Assembly: GCA_023133655.1 (NCBI GenBank) | Contig: JAGLWB010000066.1 | Location: 1 to 52,414 of the forward strand | Direction of reading: 5' to 3' | DNA from: Bacteroidales bacterium | GTDB taxonomy: Bacteria; Bacteroidota; Bacteroidia; Bacteroidales; JAGONC01 | Length of the DNA stretch: 52,414 bases | Part shown: positions 35,932-44,809 of the stretch, one piece after another | How positions within the stretch are numbered: the stretch's first letter is position 1 | Layout of the letters: every line of letters begins with the position of its first letter | Notes under the pieces: generated by a model | Seen by the model: only the letters and a program-made list of their open reading frames with translations | Databases searched by the model: none | What the model was told of the DNA's origin: nothing | Translations under genes and position numbers: made by a program

Positions 35932-37425
35932 ATGCTCAATCAAAGGTTACAACAGAAGCTTTTGCAAAAGTTATCGCCACAACAGATACTGTTGATGAAA
36001 CTTTTACAGATCCCATATGTTGCCCTTGAACAAAGAATTAAACAGGAAATTGAAGAAAATCCAGCACTTGATGAACTTGGTCTGTCGGAAGAGAGTGACG
36101 AAGATAATGCTTTAGACAGCGAAAATGAATTCGATGGTGATCAAGAAGAGGAGAATAATGATGAATATGATAAGGAAAGTGAAGAATTTAGTCTGTCGGA
36201 TTATATGGATGATGATGATATACCTTCCTACCGGCTTAAATCACAAAATACGAGCAGCGATGATTTGAGAAAAGAAATCCCTTTTGTTTCTACCACATCT
36301 TTCCGGGATTTCCTTCACTCCCAGCTCGGCCTTAGGACTGTTACGGAGATACAACGTATCATAGGAGATAATATCATAGGTAATCTGGATGATTCAGGAT
36401 ATTTGCAGCGTAACCTGGAAGCAATGGTTGACGACCTGGCATTTTCTCAAAATATTGAGGTTACAAAAGATGATATCCTGGAAGTACTAAAGATGATTCA
36501 GGATTTTGACCCGCCTGGAGTTGCCGCCAGAAATCTTCAGGAATGCCTTCTGATTCAATTAGGGCGAAAAAAAGACAGAAATGGCTCTGAATCCATTGAT
36601 ACTGCTAAGCTTATTCTCGACAGATACTTCACTGAATTTACAAAGAAACATTATGAGAAGGTCATCAAAAAAGCGAAGATAACAGAAAAACAACTCAAAG
36701 AGGCTATTGAAGAGATATTGAGATTGAACCCCAAACCCGGCAATTCATTAGGAGAAACTACCCGGACAAATTTCTATATCATTCCTGATTTTATCATTAG
36801 GAATAAAGATGGCGATCTGGAATTATCGCTTAATTCAAGAAACGTTCCTGAACTGCGGCTCAGTAAAACATATATTGAGATGTTGGAGTCCTATGCTAAA
36901 AACAAGAAAAAAAAGAATAGCAATGCCAGGGATGCTTTCGTTTTTATTAAACAAAAAATTGATGCTGCCAAATGGTTCATCGATGCTATTAAACAACGGC
37001 AAAATACACTTTTTTTAACCATGGATGCCATTATGAGGTATCAGGAAGGATATTTCATGACTGGTGACGAAACCATGTTGAAACCAATGATTTTGAAAGA
37101 CATTGCCGAGATCGTTAACCTTGATATCTCAACAATATCCAGGGTAGCTAATAGTAAATACGTTCAAACACCTTTTGGGACCTTTTTATTAAAAAGCTTT
37201 TTTTCAGAATCAATGCAAACTGATTCGGGAGAAGAGGTTTCAACACGTGAGATTAAGAAAATACTGACCGATGCTATTGAGTCTGAAAGCAAAACCAAAC
37301 CCCATACCGACGAGCAATTGACTAAAGTACTTAATGAAAAAGGTTATAACATTGCACGACGCACCGTTGCTAAGTATCGTGAACAGTTAAATATCCCTGT
37401 GGCAAGATTAAGGAAAGAATTATAG
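35932..37425 (+). CDS. rpoN: RNA polymerase sigma-54 factor
   Basis: Region I LQQKLLQKLSPQQILLMKLLQ, then an acidic region II. C-terminal RpoN box ARRTVAKYRE. Confidence 0.93.
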   Translation: MLNQRLQQKLLQKLSPQQILLMKLLQIPYVALEQRIKQEIEENPALDELGLSEESDEDNALDSENEFDGDQEEENNDEYDKESEEFSLSDYMDDDDIPSYRLKSQNTSSDDLRKEIPFVSTTSFRDFLHSQLGLRTVTEIQRIIGDNIIGNLDDSGYLQRNLEAMVDDLAFSQNIEVTKDDILEVLKMIQDFDPPGVAARNLQECLLIQLGRKKDRNGSESIDTAKLILDRYFTEFTKKHYEKVIKKAKITEKQLKEAIEEILRLNPKPGNSLGETTRTNFYIIPDFIIRNKDGDLELSLNSRNVPELRLSKTYIEMLESYAKNKKKKNSNARDAFVFIKQKIDAAKWFIDAIKQRQNTLFLTMDAIMRYQEGYFMTGDETMLKPMILKDIAEIVNLDISTISRVANSKYVQTPFGTFLLKSFFSESMQTDSGEEVSTREIKKILTDAIESESKTKPHTDEQLTKVLNEKGYNIARRTVAKYREQLNIPVARLRKEL

Positions 37426-37427
37426 GA

Positions 37428-38135
37428 CTACTTGTTTTTCTTTTGCCATGATTTTAAAGGACGTATGGTAGCCCCAACAGATATCGGAAACATCTCCGGC
37501 CCCGTTCCTTTAACAAAAACATTTGAAAGAGAATAATAACCATAAAGATGTAACCACTTCCAGCCACCTCTGAGAATGAGGCCATACCGGTAAGGATCAA
37601 TATTCTTGATTTTATACAACTTAAACTTTAGATTGTCATCGGTTCCATAGAGGTAGTCATCGCCCGAATACTTTATCGAACTTTGCAACAGGAAACCTAC
37701 TTTAAAACCAGCAGCAAATCTAACACCACTCTTACTGTTAAACCAGAATTCAAGGGGAATATCAACATAGGTTAATGAAAACCTGTTTGTATTGTAATTA
37801 ATATCAGGATAAACATCCTTGAATACCGGAAACTGCGTATTGTTGTTTGTATCAACAACAAATAATCCATTGTGATGCAGGTTATGCGTGCTGATAGCCA
37901 GGCCGGGAGAAAAAAACAAATTCTTATCACCTAACTGAAAGTCATACAGCATAAAAAAACTGAGGCCTGGATTAACAGCCCCCTGCTTAATTCCATCAGG
38001 CAGATCCAACCAGATATTGGTATAAATATCAATACCGGTGGTTAGTTTTTTGGATGTTGCTTCATTTATGATCTGAGTATAACCCGTTCCTCCGGTAAAG
38101 ATGATGATAATTAATAAAAATAATAGTTTTTTCAT
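37428..38135 (-). CDS. outer-membrane beta-barrel protein (PorT/OMP_b-brl_2-like)
   Basis: Signal peptide MKKLLFLLIIIIFTGG. Alternating aromatic beta-strand pattern. 235 aa. Confidence 0.6.
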   Translation of the reverse strand: MKKLLFLLIIIIFTGGTGYTQIINEATSKKLTTGIDIYTNIWLDLPDGIKQGAVNPGLSFFMLYDFQLGDKNLFFSPGLAISTHNLHHNGLFVVDTNNNTQFPVFKDVYPDINYNTNRFSLTYVDIPLEFWFNSKSGVRFAAGFKVGFLLQSSIKYSGDDYLYGTDDNLKFKLYKIKNIDPYRYGLILRGGWKWLHLYGYYSLSNVFVKGTGPEMFPISVGATIRPLKSWQKKNK

Positions 38136-38409
38136 TTGTTTATATTTGGAAAAAATAATTATTCCCCAGTGTGAACCGACGGGTTAACCCATCGGTTTAT
38201 GTTAGTTTCGTTGGTTGTAAAATGGTTGAGCTTAAGGCGGCAAATATAAGAACTTATATTATTTGTTCATTGATTTTTATACCTCAATAGTATCTTTAAC
38301 CAGTTTTCATTGAATTTATTTTACGATTGGGCGGAAACTTTTTCAGGTGAATTTTGTTAATTTGTTGTTTATTTTATATCAGATTGGCTACATTATCAAT
38401 TATCAGTCA

Positions 38410-38417
38410 TACCTTTG
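38410..38417 (+). promoter_or_regulatory. candidate -7 box (TACCTTTG) for the S8 peptidase gene
   Basis: TAnnTTTG immediately before the track's ATG 38419. This argues that the real start is ATG 38437. Confidence 0.35.
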
Positions 38418-38436
38418 AATGTTCAAATTATATATT

Positions 38437-41400
38437 ATGAAGAGATTTATCATTAGCATTGTTGCTATTTTTTCGTTGATGTCTTTTGTAAATGCACAAT
38501 CAACTAACAGGGAGTATAACCTGTTGATGAAGACCGGGAATATTCCTGTTCAGGATAACCTAAATGATTATATCAATTTTTTTCAGCCAACAGGCGATGA
38601 GATTGTGCAAGGATATCATTATAAACTAATTCAGTTTTATCAGATCCCTGATGCTGCATTGATGTCACACATTAGAAGCCTGGGCGTAATATTAATGGAT
38701 TATTTACCACAGAAAGCATTTTATGCTGCCATTCCTGTTGAATTCGATAAAAATAGTTTACGCGACATTAATATTCGGAGTGTTATTAATATCAGGCCTG
38801 AGTTTAAAATGGCTCCTTCGATCCTTGAGAAAGACTACCCTCTATGGGCTGTTTCTGATGATCATTCCATAAGGGTTTTTCTTCATTATTTTGAAAACAT
38901 TGAACAAGACTATGTTATCAACCACCTTGATGATTTAATAATTGAAACAATACAGGTAGATGATTTTTCAAATAATATTCTTTGCAGGGTGAAGATAACT
39001 GACTTAGAATTGATTGCAGGTTTGCCTTTCGTGATTTTCATTGAACCGGTTTATCCTGAGCCTACGCCGGAAAATTATACCGGCCGAACGCTGCATCGTT
39101 CAAATGTCATAGCAACTGATTTCACAACTGGCCGTCATTATGATGGCAGTGGTGTTCATGTTATGCTTCAGGATGATGGTGTAATAGGCCCCCATATCGA
39201 TTACCAGGGAAGAATTGGAGACCAATTTTTAACTAACAACTGGGGTGATCATGGTGACCATGTTGCAGGTATTATTATGGGTGCCGGTAATTTAGACCCT
39301 AAGGTGAAAGGAATGGCATTCGGATCAACACTTTTTGTTTACGGGGCTGCTCCAACATATCCGGGATTTGCTCAAATACCAACCCATTATAGCTTGTATG
39401 ATATTAGAATAACATCTACCTCTTATAGCAATGGATGTAATGCCGGTTATACCTCTCTGGCAAGGACTATGGACATGCAAATAAATATGTATCCTTCCTT
39501 GATGCATGTTTTTTCAGCCGGTAATTCCGGTACCGATGACTGTGGTTATGGCGCCGGGCCGGGATGGGGGAACGTTACCGGTGGTCATAAAATAGCCAAA
39601 AATGTGATAGCCGTTGCTAACCTGAGCTATGTTGACCAGCTTTCCTCCTCAAGCAGCCGTGGCCCGGCTCACGATGGTCGTATTAAACCTGATATCAGTG
39701 CTAAGGGAACAGATGTTAATTCAACTACCAACCCCAATGACTATACTATTAAATCCGGTACTTCCATGTCGTGTCCGGGAGTTTCCGGAACGCTGGCGCA
39801 ACTATATCAGGCATATAGAGAACTTAACAATGATAATGACCCAATGGCCGGTTTGATAAAAAGTGTTCTGCTTAATTCAGCCGACGACCTTGGTAATCCG
39901 GGGCCTGACTTTTTGTATGGCTGGGGAAGGATAAATGCATTGAGAGCTGTTAACATATTGGAGGTGTACAATTATGATTCGGCAAGTGTTGGCCAGGGAC
40001 AGATTATAACACATGAAGTAGAGGTGCCTGGAGATTTAAAGCAACTAAAGGTAATGATCTATTGGACAGATTATCAGGCAGCTGTTAATGCCGATAAAGC
40101 ACTCGTCAATGATCTTGACCTAATCCTTACAGATCCTTCATCTAATGATTTTTACCCCTGGATACTCGATCACACACCTGATCCTGTATTGCTTAATAAT
40201 CCGGCAATCAGGGGGATAGATCACCTGAATAATATGGAGCAGGTTACAATTGATGACCCTGAACCAGGGTTGTATTCACTTACTGTTGAAGGATTTGAAG
40301 TTCCTTTTGGCCCACAAACCTATTATGTAATCTATGACTTCGTTGAAAATGAACTAACCCTGACTTATCCCGCCGGGGGTGAATCTTTTGCTCCGGGAGA
40401 AATTGAAACAATCCGCTGGGATGCTTTTGGAAATGATGAACATTTTATGCTTGAATATAGCGTTGATGATGGACAAACCTGGAAATTGATATCCGACGAT
40501 ATTGATGCCAATGATAGATACTATAACTGGACCACGCCTAATTCCCAAACAGGGAAAGCCCACATCCGCGTTACCCGGGCATCACAATCATCGCTTAATG
40601 AGGTAGCTTTTTCAATCATGACAGTGCCTCAGAACCTGATGGTGGATTGGACATGCAACTCTTCGTTTCATATACATTGGGATGAAGTGTTTGGAGCTAC
40701 AGGCTACGAAGTGAGCTTGTTGGGAGAAAAATACATGGATCCGGTTGGCACTACCAACCAAATATCTTTTATAATAGATGGGTTTAATCTCTTCACAGAA
40801 GATTGGTTTTCTGTTAAAGCATTAGGCCCGGATGGAGCTTCCAGCCGTCGTGCTGTTGCCGCTTTACGTAACCCCGGATTATTTAGCTGCTATCCACAAG
40901 ATGCTAAAATGGAAAATATTTTACTCACCGATTGGGGATATTATTGTGAAAGTATGAATCTCTATGATGTACCGGTTGAGGTGCAGATTAAAAATTTTGG
41001 TGAAGAAGAAATAGCTGATTTTTTAGTCAGTTATCAATTAAATGATGGTGATGTTTTTTCAGAAACATTTTCCGCTAGCCTCGATCCTGACAGCAGTGTG
41101 ATTTATTCTTTTGAAGAGTTGATTGATATCTCCGAATCTGGAACATATTTTATAAAAGCTTGGGTTTCACTTGATACCGATGATAATCCGGGGAATGATA
41201 CAATTAGTAGTTATTTTGAGGTGATGCCGGGTAATATTCTCCCTGCTCCATTTATTCAAACATTTGATGCCTTTGAAATTTGCTCGTCTTTTCCTACTTG
41301 TGAACTTGTTACGTGTGATTTAAGTGAGGGGTGGGTAAATGCCGAAAATCTTGTTTTTGATGATATTGACTGGAGAACCTTTCAGGGACCTACCACAACT

Positions 41401-42072
41401 TATGGAACCGGCCCTGTTGTTGATCATACAACTGGAACAACAGAAGGCAAATACCTGTATCTTGAACCATCCGTACTTTGTTTTTTAAAGGAAGCCTCAT
41501 TAATATCTCCTTGCATAGATCTTCAAGGAATGAATCAACCGTATTTGAATTTTTGGTTTCACGCTTATGGTAAAGATATTGGCAGGTTGCAGGTTGACCT
41601 TTTATCAGGAACAACCATCCACAAAGATATCATGATGCCAATAATCGGTGAACAAGGTAATGTATGGCAAGAAGCTTATGTTGATCTTTCTGCATATAGT
41701 GGACAAAAAATAGCTCTTCGTTTTAGGGGATATACTGCTACCGGACAAAAAGGTGATTTAGCTATTGATGACCTGGCAATTACAGATATTGAAGGAATCA
41801 ATAATGCTTTGAGGGAAAATTCCCAAAGCCTTCATCTATATCCAAACCCGGGCTCAGGTTATTATTTTCTTTCAGTGACTGACATTTCAGGGAACCCTGT
41901 GGATATTAATATCACTGATATGTTTGGTAAAGTAATTTATAATCACGTTTTGAAGAATCCTGGTAAAGCCTTTAAACATCAAATAGATATTTCAAATGTT
42001 GCCAATGGGATTTATCTCCTGACTTTACTTGATGGAGGTACTCTATATCGTGTTAAACTAAGCAAAATGTAA
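38437..42072 (+). CDS. secreted subtilisin-like S8 peptidase with a C-terminal MAM-like domain and a T9SS sorting domain
   Basis: Signal peptide MKRFIISIVAIFSLMSFVNA. Catalytic triad motifs VMLQDDG, HGDHVAGII and GTSMSCPGVSG. GDLAIDDLAI (MAM-type). C-terminal LHLYPNPG...GIYLLTL...YRVKLSKM. Confidence 0.85.
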   Translation: MKRFIISIVAIFSLMSFVNAQSTNREYNLLMKTGNIPVQDNLNDYINFFQPTGDEIVQGYHYKLIQFYQIPDAALMSHIRSLGVILMDYLPQKAFYAAIPVEFDKNSLRDINIRSVINIRPEFKMAPSILEKDYPLWAVSDDHSIRVFLHYFENIEQDYVINHLDDLIIETIQVDDFSNNILCRVKITDLELIAGLPFVIFIEPVYPEPTPENYTGRTLHRSNVIATDFTTGRHYDGSGVHVMLQDDGVIGPHIDYQGRIGDQFLTNNWGDHGDHVAGIIMGAGNLDPKVKGMAFGSTLFVYGAAPTYPGFAQIPTHYSLYDIRITSTSYSNGCNAGYTSLARTMDMQINMYPSLMHVFSAGNSGTDDCGYGAGPGWGNVTGGHKIAKNVIAVANLSYVDQLSSSSSRGPAHDGRIKPDISAKGTDVNSTTNPNDYTIKSGTSMSCPGVSGTLAQLYQAYRELNNDNDPMAGLIKSVLLNSADDLGNPGPDFLYGWGRINALRAVNILEVYNYDSASVGQGQIITHEVEVPGDLKQLKVMIYWTDYQAAVNADKALVNDLDLILTDPSSNDFYPWILDHTPDPVLLNNPAIRGIDHLNNMEQVTIDDPEPGLYSLTVEGFEVPFGPQTYYVIYDFVENELTLTYPAGGESFAPGEIETIRWDAFGNDEHFMLEYSVDDGQTWKLISDDIDANDRYYNWTTPNSQTGKAHIRVTRASQSSLNEVAFSIMTVPQNLMVDWTCNSSFHIHWDEVFGATGYEVSLLGEKYMDPVGTTNQISFIIDGFNLFTEDWFSVKALGPDGASSRRAVAALRNPGLFSCYPQDAKMENILLTDWGYYCESMNLYDVPVEVQIKNFGEEEIADFLVSYQLNDGDVFSETFSASLDPDSSVIYSFEELIDISESGTYFIKAWVSLDTDDNPGNDTISSYFEVMPGNILPAPFIQTFDAFEICSSFPTCELVTCDLSEGWVNAENLVFDDIDWRTFQGPTTTYGTGPVVDHTTGTTEGKYLYLEPSVLCFLKEASLISPCIDLQGMNQPYLNFWFHAYGKDIGRLQVDLLSGTTIHKDIMMPIIGEQGNVWQEAYVDLSAYSGQKIALRFRGYTATGQKGDLAIDDLAITDIEGINNALRENSQSLHLYPNPGSGYYFLSVTDISGNPVDINITDMFGKVIYNHVLKNPGKAFKHQIDISNVANGIYLLTLLDGGTLYRVKLSKM

Positions 42073-42123
42073 GGCAGCAACAAAAAATCTTTTTCACCCC
42101 CTTGTTCTATTCACCTTTATTCA

Positions 42124-42131
42124 TTATATTT
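42124..42131 (+). promoter_or_regulatory. candidate -7 box (TATATTTG) upstream of the HIRAN/cyt b gene set
   Basis: TAnnTTTG match ~94 nt upstream of ATG 42225. I saw no comparable box in the 30-nt gap before the cyt b gene. Confidence 0.3.
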
Positions 42132-42224
42132 GAGCCAAAGTTGGTTTTGACTGTTTTATGTAGAGATCTTTGCATATCAAATACCAAACAGTAAGTATTT
42201 TGTGATTTATTTTTTTCTTAAGCG

Positions 42225-42926
42225 ATGGATACTTCTCTTGAATTAAAGCTGGAACAGAAATATACCTGCAAAATTTCTGATAGCTCACAAGATGTTATTG
42301 CAGGCTGTTCATTAAGTGAGAATGTGTACTTCAACAGAGATTATAATCACCCGGATGATAAACACGCCGTTTCTGTATTGAGGGAGCATGGTGAAAAAAT
42401 TGGATATATAAGAAATGACAGTAAGCTTGCCCGGCATCTGGATAGAGAAGGGGAATATCTGGCAACAGTAAATAAAATTATTGGAGGACCTAACTTTTTT
42501 CAACGGATTTTTGGTTTAAAAGGAAAGAAATATTCCTGTATACTTGAAATTGTATTAAGCGATTTAGACCTTGAAAAGCATAAGTTGTTTATTGCGGGAG
42601 ATCGAGAGATCTCCAAAATAATTTTACGGGCTGAATCACATACTAAAGATAACCCCAAGCTAGCTGTGAAAAACTACCAACAGGCTATTAATGCTATAGT
42701 TGAATACGATCAGCAAGGAACAAAAGCACAGGCCTGGCGACGCTCTAAAATACCGGTAAACAAACTTTCAATGATGTTGGAAAAACAAGGTAAACTAGCT
42801 GAGGCCCTTGAAATTATTGACTGGTATCTTGGCTATGATGACTATGTTGGTATTGACAAGTATGCCCTTGATATGATCCAAAAGCGTATGAAACGGATCA
42901 GCAAGAAATTGGCAGTTAGCAGTTGA
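42225..42926 (+). CDS. HIRAN domain protein with a helical (TPR-like) C-terminal half
   Basis: VIAGCSLSENVYFNRDYNHPDDKHAVSVLREHGEKIGYIRNDSKLARHL fits the HIRAN pattern (NP.D..A..V....G..IGY). The C-terminus is amphipathic helices. Confidence 0.55.
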   Translation: MDTSLELKLEQKYTCKISDSSQDVIAGCSLSENVYFNRDYNHPDDKHAVSVLREHGEKIGYIRNDSKLARHLDREGEYLATVNKIIGGPNFFQRIFGLKGKKYSCILEIVLSDLDLEKHKLFIAGDREISKIILRAESHTKDNPKLAVKNYQQAINAIVEYDQQGTKAQAWRRSKIPVNKLSMMLEKQGKLAEALEIIDWYLGYDDYVGIDKYALDMIQKRMKRISKKLAVSS

Positions 42927-42956
42927 CAATATCCGGCGTTTTGGTGTGAACAAAAA

Positions 42957-44276
42957 ATGACAGATACAAGCCAGTCAACCGGGATAGATAATAATGCGAG
43001 AAAACCGCGCAAACGTGGATTTATCCTTCATCTTCATCCTGCTTTATTACCAAAGGACGCCATTCTGTTCAACCGTACATTCGGACTGGGTGGTATGGCT
43101 GCCCTATTGTTTGTAATACAGGCTTTTACGGGCATTTTGTTGAGGTTTGTCTATGAACCCTCAGCTGAAAAGGCTTATGAATCTATTCTATTTATTCAGC
43201 AGAATATTATTTTTGGACAATTAGTCCGTAATATACATCATTGGAGTGGTATCTTCTTTGTAATCATCACTTTCCTGCACCTGTTAAGGACCTTTTATTC
43301 CCAGGCATTCTTCACACCCCGGCGGATAAACTGGGTGATCGGAGTTGGATTGTTACTGACTGTAACACTTTCAAATTTTACCGGTTACCTTTTACCCTGG
43401 GACCAGCTGGCCTATTGGGCTATTACTGTTAGTACGAGCATCCTGGAATATATACCTGTGGCAGGTACATGGTTGATGAACATTGTTAGGGGCGGCAATG
43501 AAGTAGGTAGTGCCACATTGTTAAACTTCTATACATTGCATACAGGAATAATGCCGGTTATTCTTATCACACTGATGGTTTTCCATTTCTGGCGTGTCAG
43601 GAAAGCCAAAGGAATTGCCCTTCCTGGAAATATGAAGGAAATGGAAAAAGTACCGGGCAATCCCAATCTTGTTATGAAGGAACTGGTAGTTGGATTAGTC
43701 CTGATAGCATTTATACTATTCCTTAGCGTTTTTTTAAATGCCCCTTTACTGGAAAAAGCAAATCCGGCCTTCAGCCCAAACCCGGCAAAAGCACCCTGGT
43801 ACTTCATGGGTATGCAGGAATTACTGTTGCATTTTCATCCAATATTTGCAGGGGTCATCATTCCTTTTGTTTTTTTTATAGGGATGTTCTATCTGCCATA
43901 TGTTTCATATAGTGATAGCAGGCCAGGCTATTGGTTTGGTTCTGAACAAGGTAAAAAAATGGCTATCCGCTCTGCTATTCTGGCATTGATCATTACTCCT
44001 TTAGCAATTCTCGCAGATGAATATTTGCTTGATTTTGAGGGATGGATGAAAGGAATACCAATATTAATCAGCAACGGACTGATCCCATTTATTTTATTAT
44101 TATTTACTATTACCGGATATATCATTCTGATAAAAAAACGATATAAGGCATCAAAAATTGAATGGATCATTGCATTGTTCACGGTTATTGTGGTTTCATA
44201 TTCGGTGTTAACAGTTATAGGTATATGGTTTCGTGGACCAGGAATGAACTTCATGTTGCCCTGGGAAATAAATTAA
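42957..44276 (+). CDS. cytochrome b of a Rieske/cyt b complex (b6-type, fused with a subunit-IV-like C-terminal part)
   Basis: Helix-B ligands in RNIHHWSGIFFVIITFLH (13 residues between). Helix-D H-x14-H in LHTGIMPVILITLMVFH (b6-type spacing). LLPWDQLAYWA. PEWY-position motif reads APWYF. 439 aa with additional C-terminal TM helices. Confidence 0.85.
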   Translation: MTDTSQSTGIDNNARKPRKRGFILHLHPALLPKDAILFNRTFGLGGMAALLFVIQAFTGILLRFVYEPSAEKAYESILFIQQNIIFGQLVRNIHHWSGIFFVIITFLHLLRTFYSQAFFTPRRINWVIGVGLLLTVTLSNFTGYLLPWDQLAYWAITVSTSILEYIPVAGTWLMNIVRGGNEVGSATLLNFYTLHTGIMPVILITLMVFHFWRVRKAKGIALPGNMKEMEKVPGNPNLVMKELVVGLVLIAFILFLSVFLNAPLLEKANPAFSPNPAKAPWYFMGMQELLLHFHPIFAGVIIPFVFFIGMFYLPYVSYSDSRPGYWFGSEQGKKMAIRSAILALIITPLAILADEYLLDFEGWMKGIPILISNGLIPFILLLFTITGYIILIKKRYKASKIEWIIALFTVIVVSYSVLTVIGIWFRGPGMNFMLPWEIN

Positions 44277-44293
44277 GAAATATTTTTTTTTGC

Positions 44294-44788
44294 GTGAAAA
44301 AAGAGGTTACTAAAATAAAACGACGGGATTTTATAAAAAACCTTTGGGCAGGATTAGGAATCATTGCCGGGGTGGAGTTTGCCGCTTTGATCTTAAATTT
44401 TCTTTCACCCAAAGAGAGAAGAACAGGCGTTGGAAATACCGGCACATTCAAACTGGTGGGAAAGGTTAGTGATATACCCATGAGCAGCGTAACTCCTTTC
44501 AGGAACGGAAGGTTTTACCTTGTGAGATTTACAGATGGAGGGTTTCTTGCACTATCCCTGAAATGCACTCACCTGGGATGTTCGGTTACCTGGGATGAAG
44601 AAAATGAAGTGTTTGTTTGCCCCTGCCATGCTTCAACATTCAGTCAGGAAGGAAATGTTATTACTTCACCGGCGCCGCGTGCCCTTGATTATTTCCCGGT
44701 TATTATTGAGGAGGGCTTCATCAAAGTCGACATCCATAATCCTGTCATACGAAAGATCTTTAACAAATCCCAATTGACTTATGCATAA
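44294..44788 (+). CDS. Rieske [2Fe-2S] protein with a twin-arginine signal
   Basis: CTHLGC and CPCHAS cluster boxes. GTG start gives VKKEVTKIKRRDFIKNLWAGLG.. (Tat RRxFxK plus TM anchor). The track's start at 44162 would overlap cyt b by 115 nt. Confidence 0.85.
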   Translation: MKKEVTKIKRRDFIKNLWAGLGIIAGVEFAALILNFLSPKERRTGVGNTGTFKLVGKVSDIPMSSVTPFRNGRFYLVRFTDGGFLALSLKCTHLGCSVTWDEENEVFVCPCHASTFSQEGNVITSPAPRALDYFPVIIEEGFIKVDIHNPVIRKIFNKSQLTYA

Positions 44789-44809
44789 CCAAACTGGAAA
44801 TAAAAAACT

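Noticed and set aside
44162-44293. Long form of the Rieske ORF overlapping cyt b by 115 nt
   Set aside because: The overlapping part has no Rieske-like features. The GTG at 44294 gives a classical Tat (RRDFIK) N-terminus 18 nt after the cyt b stop.
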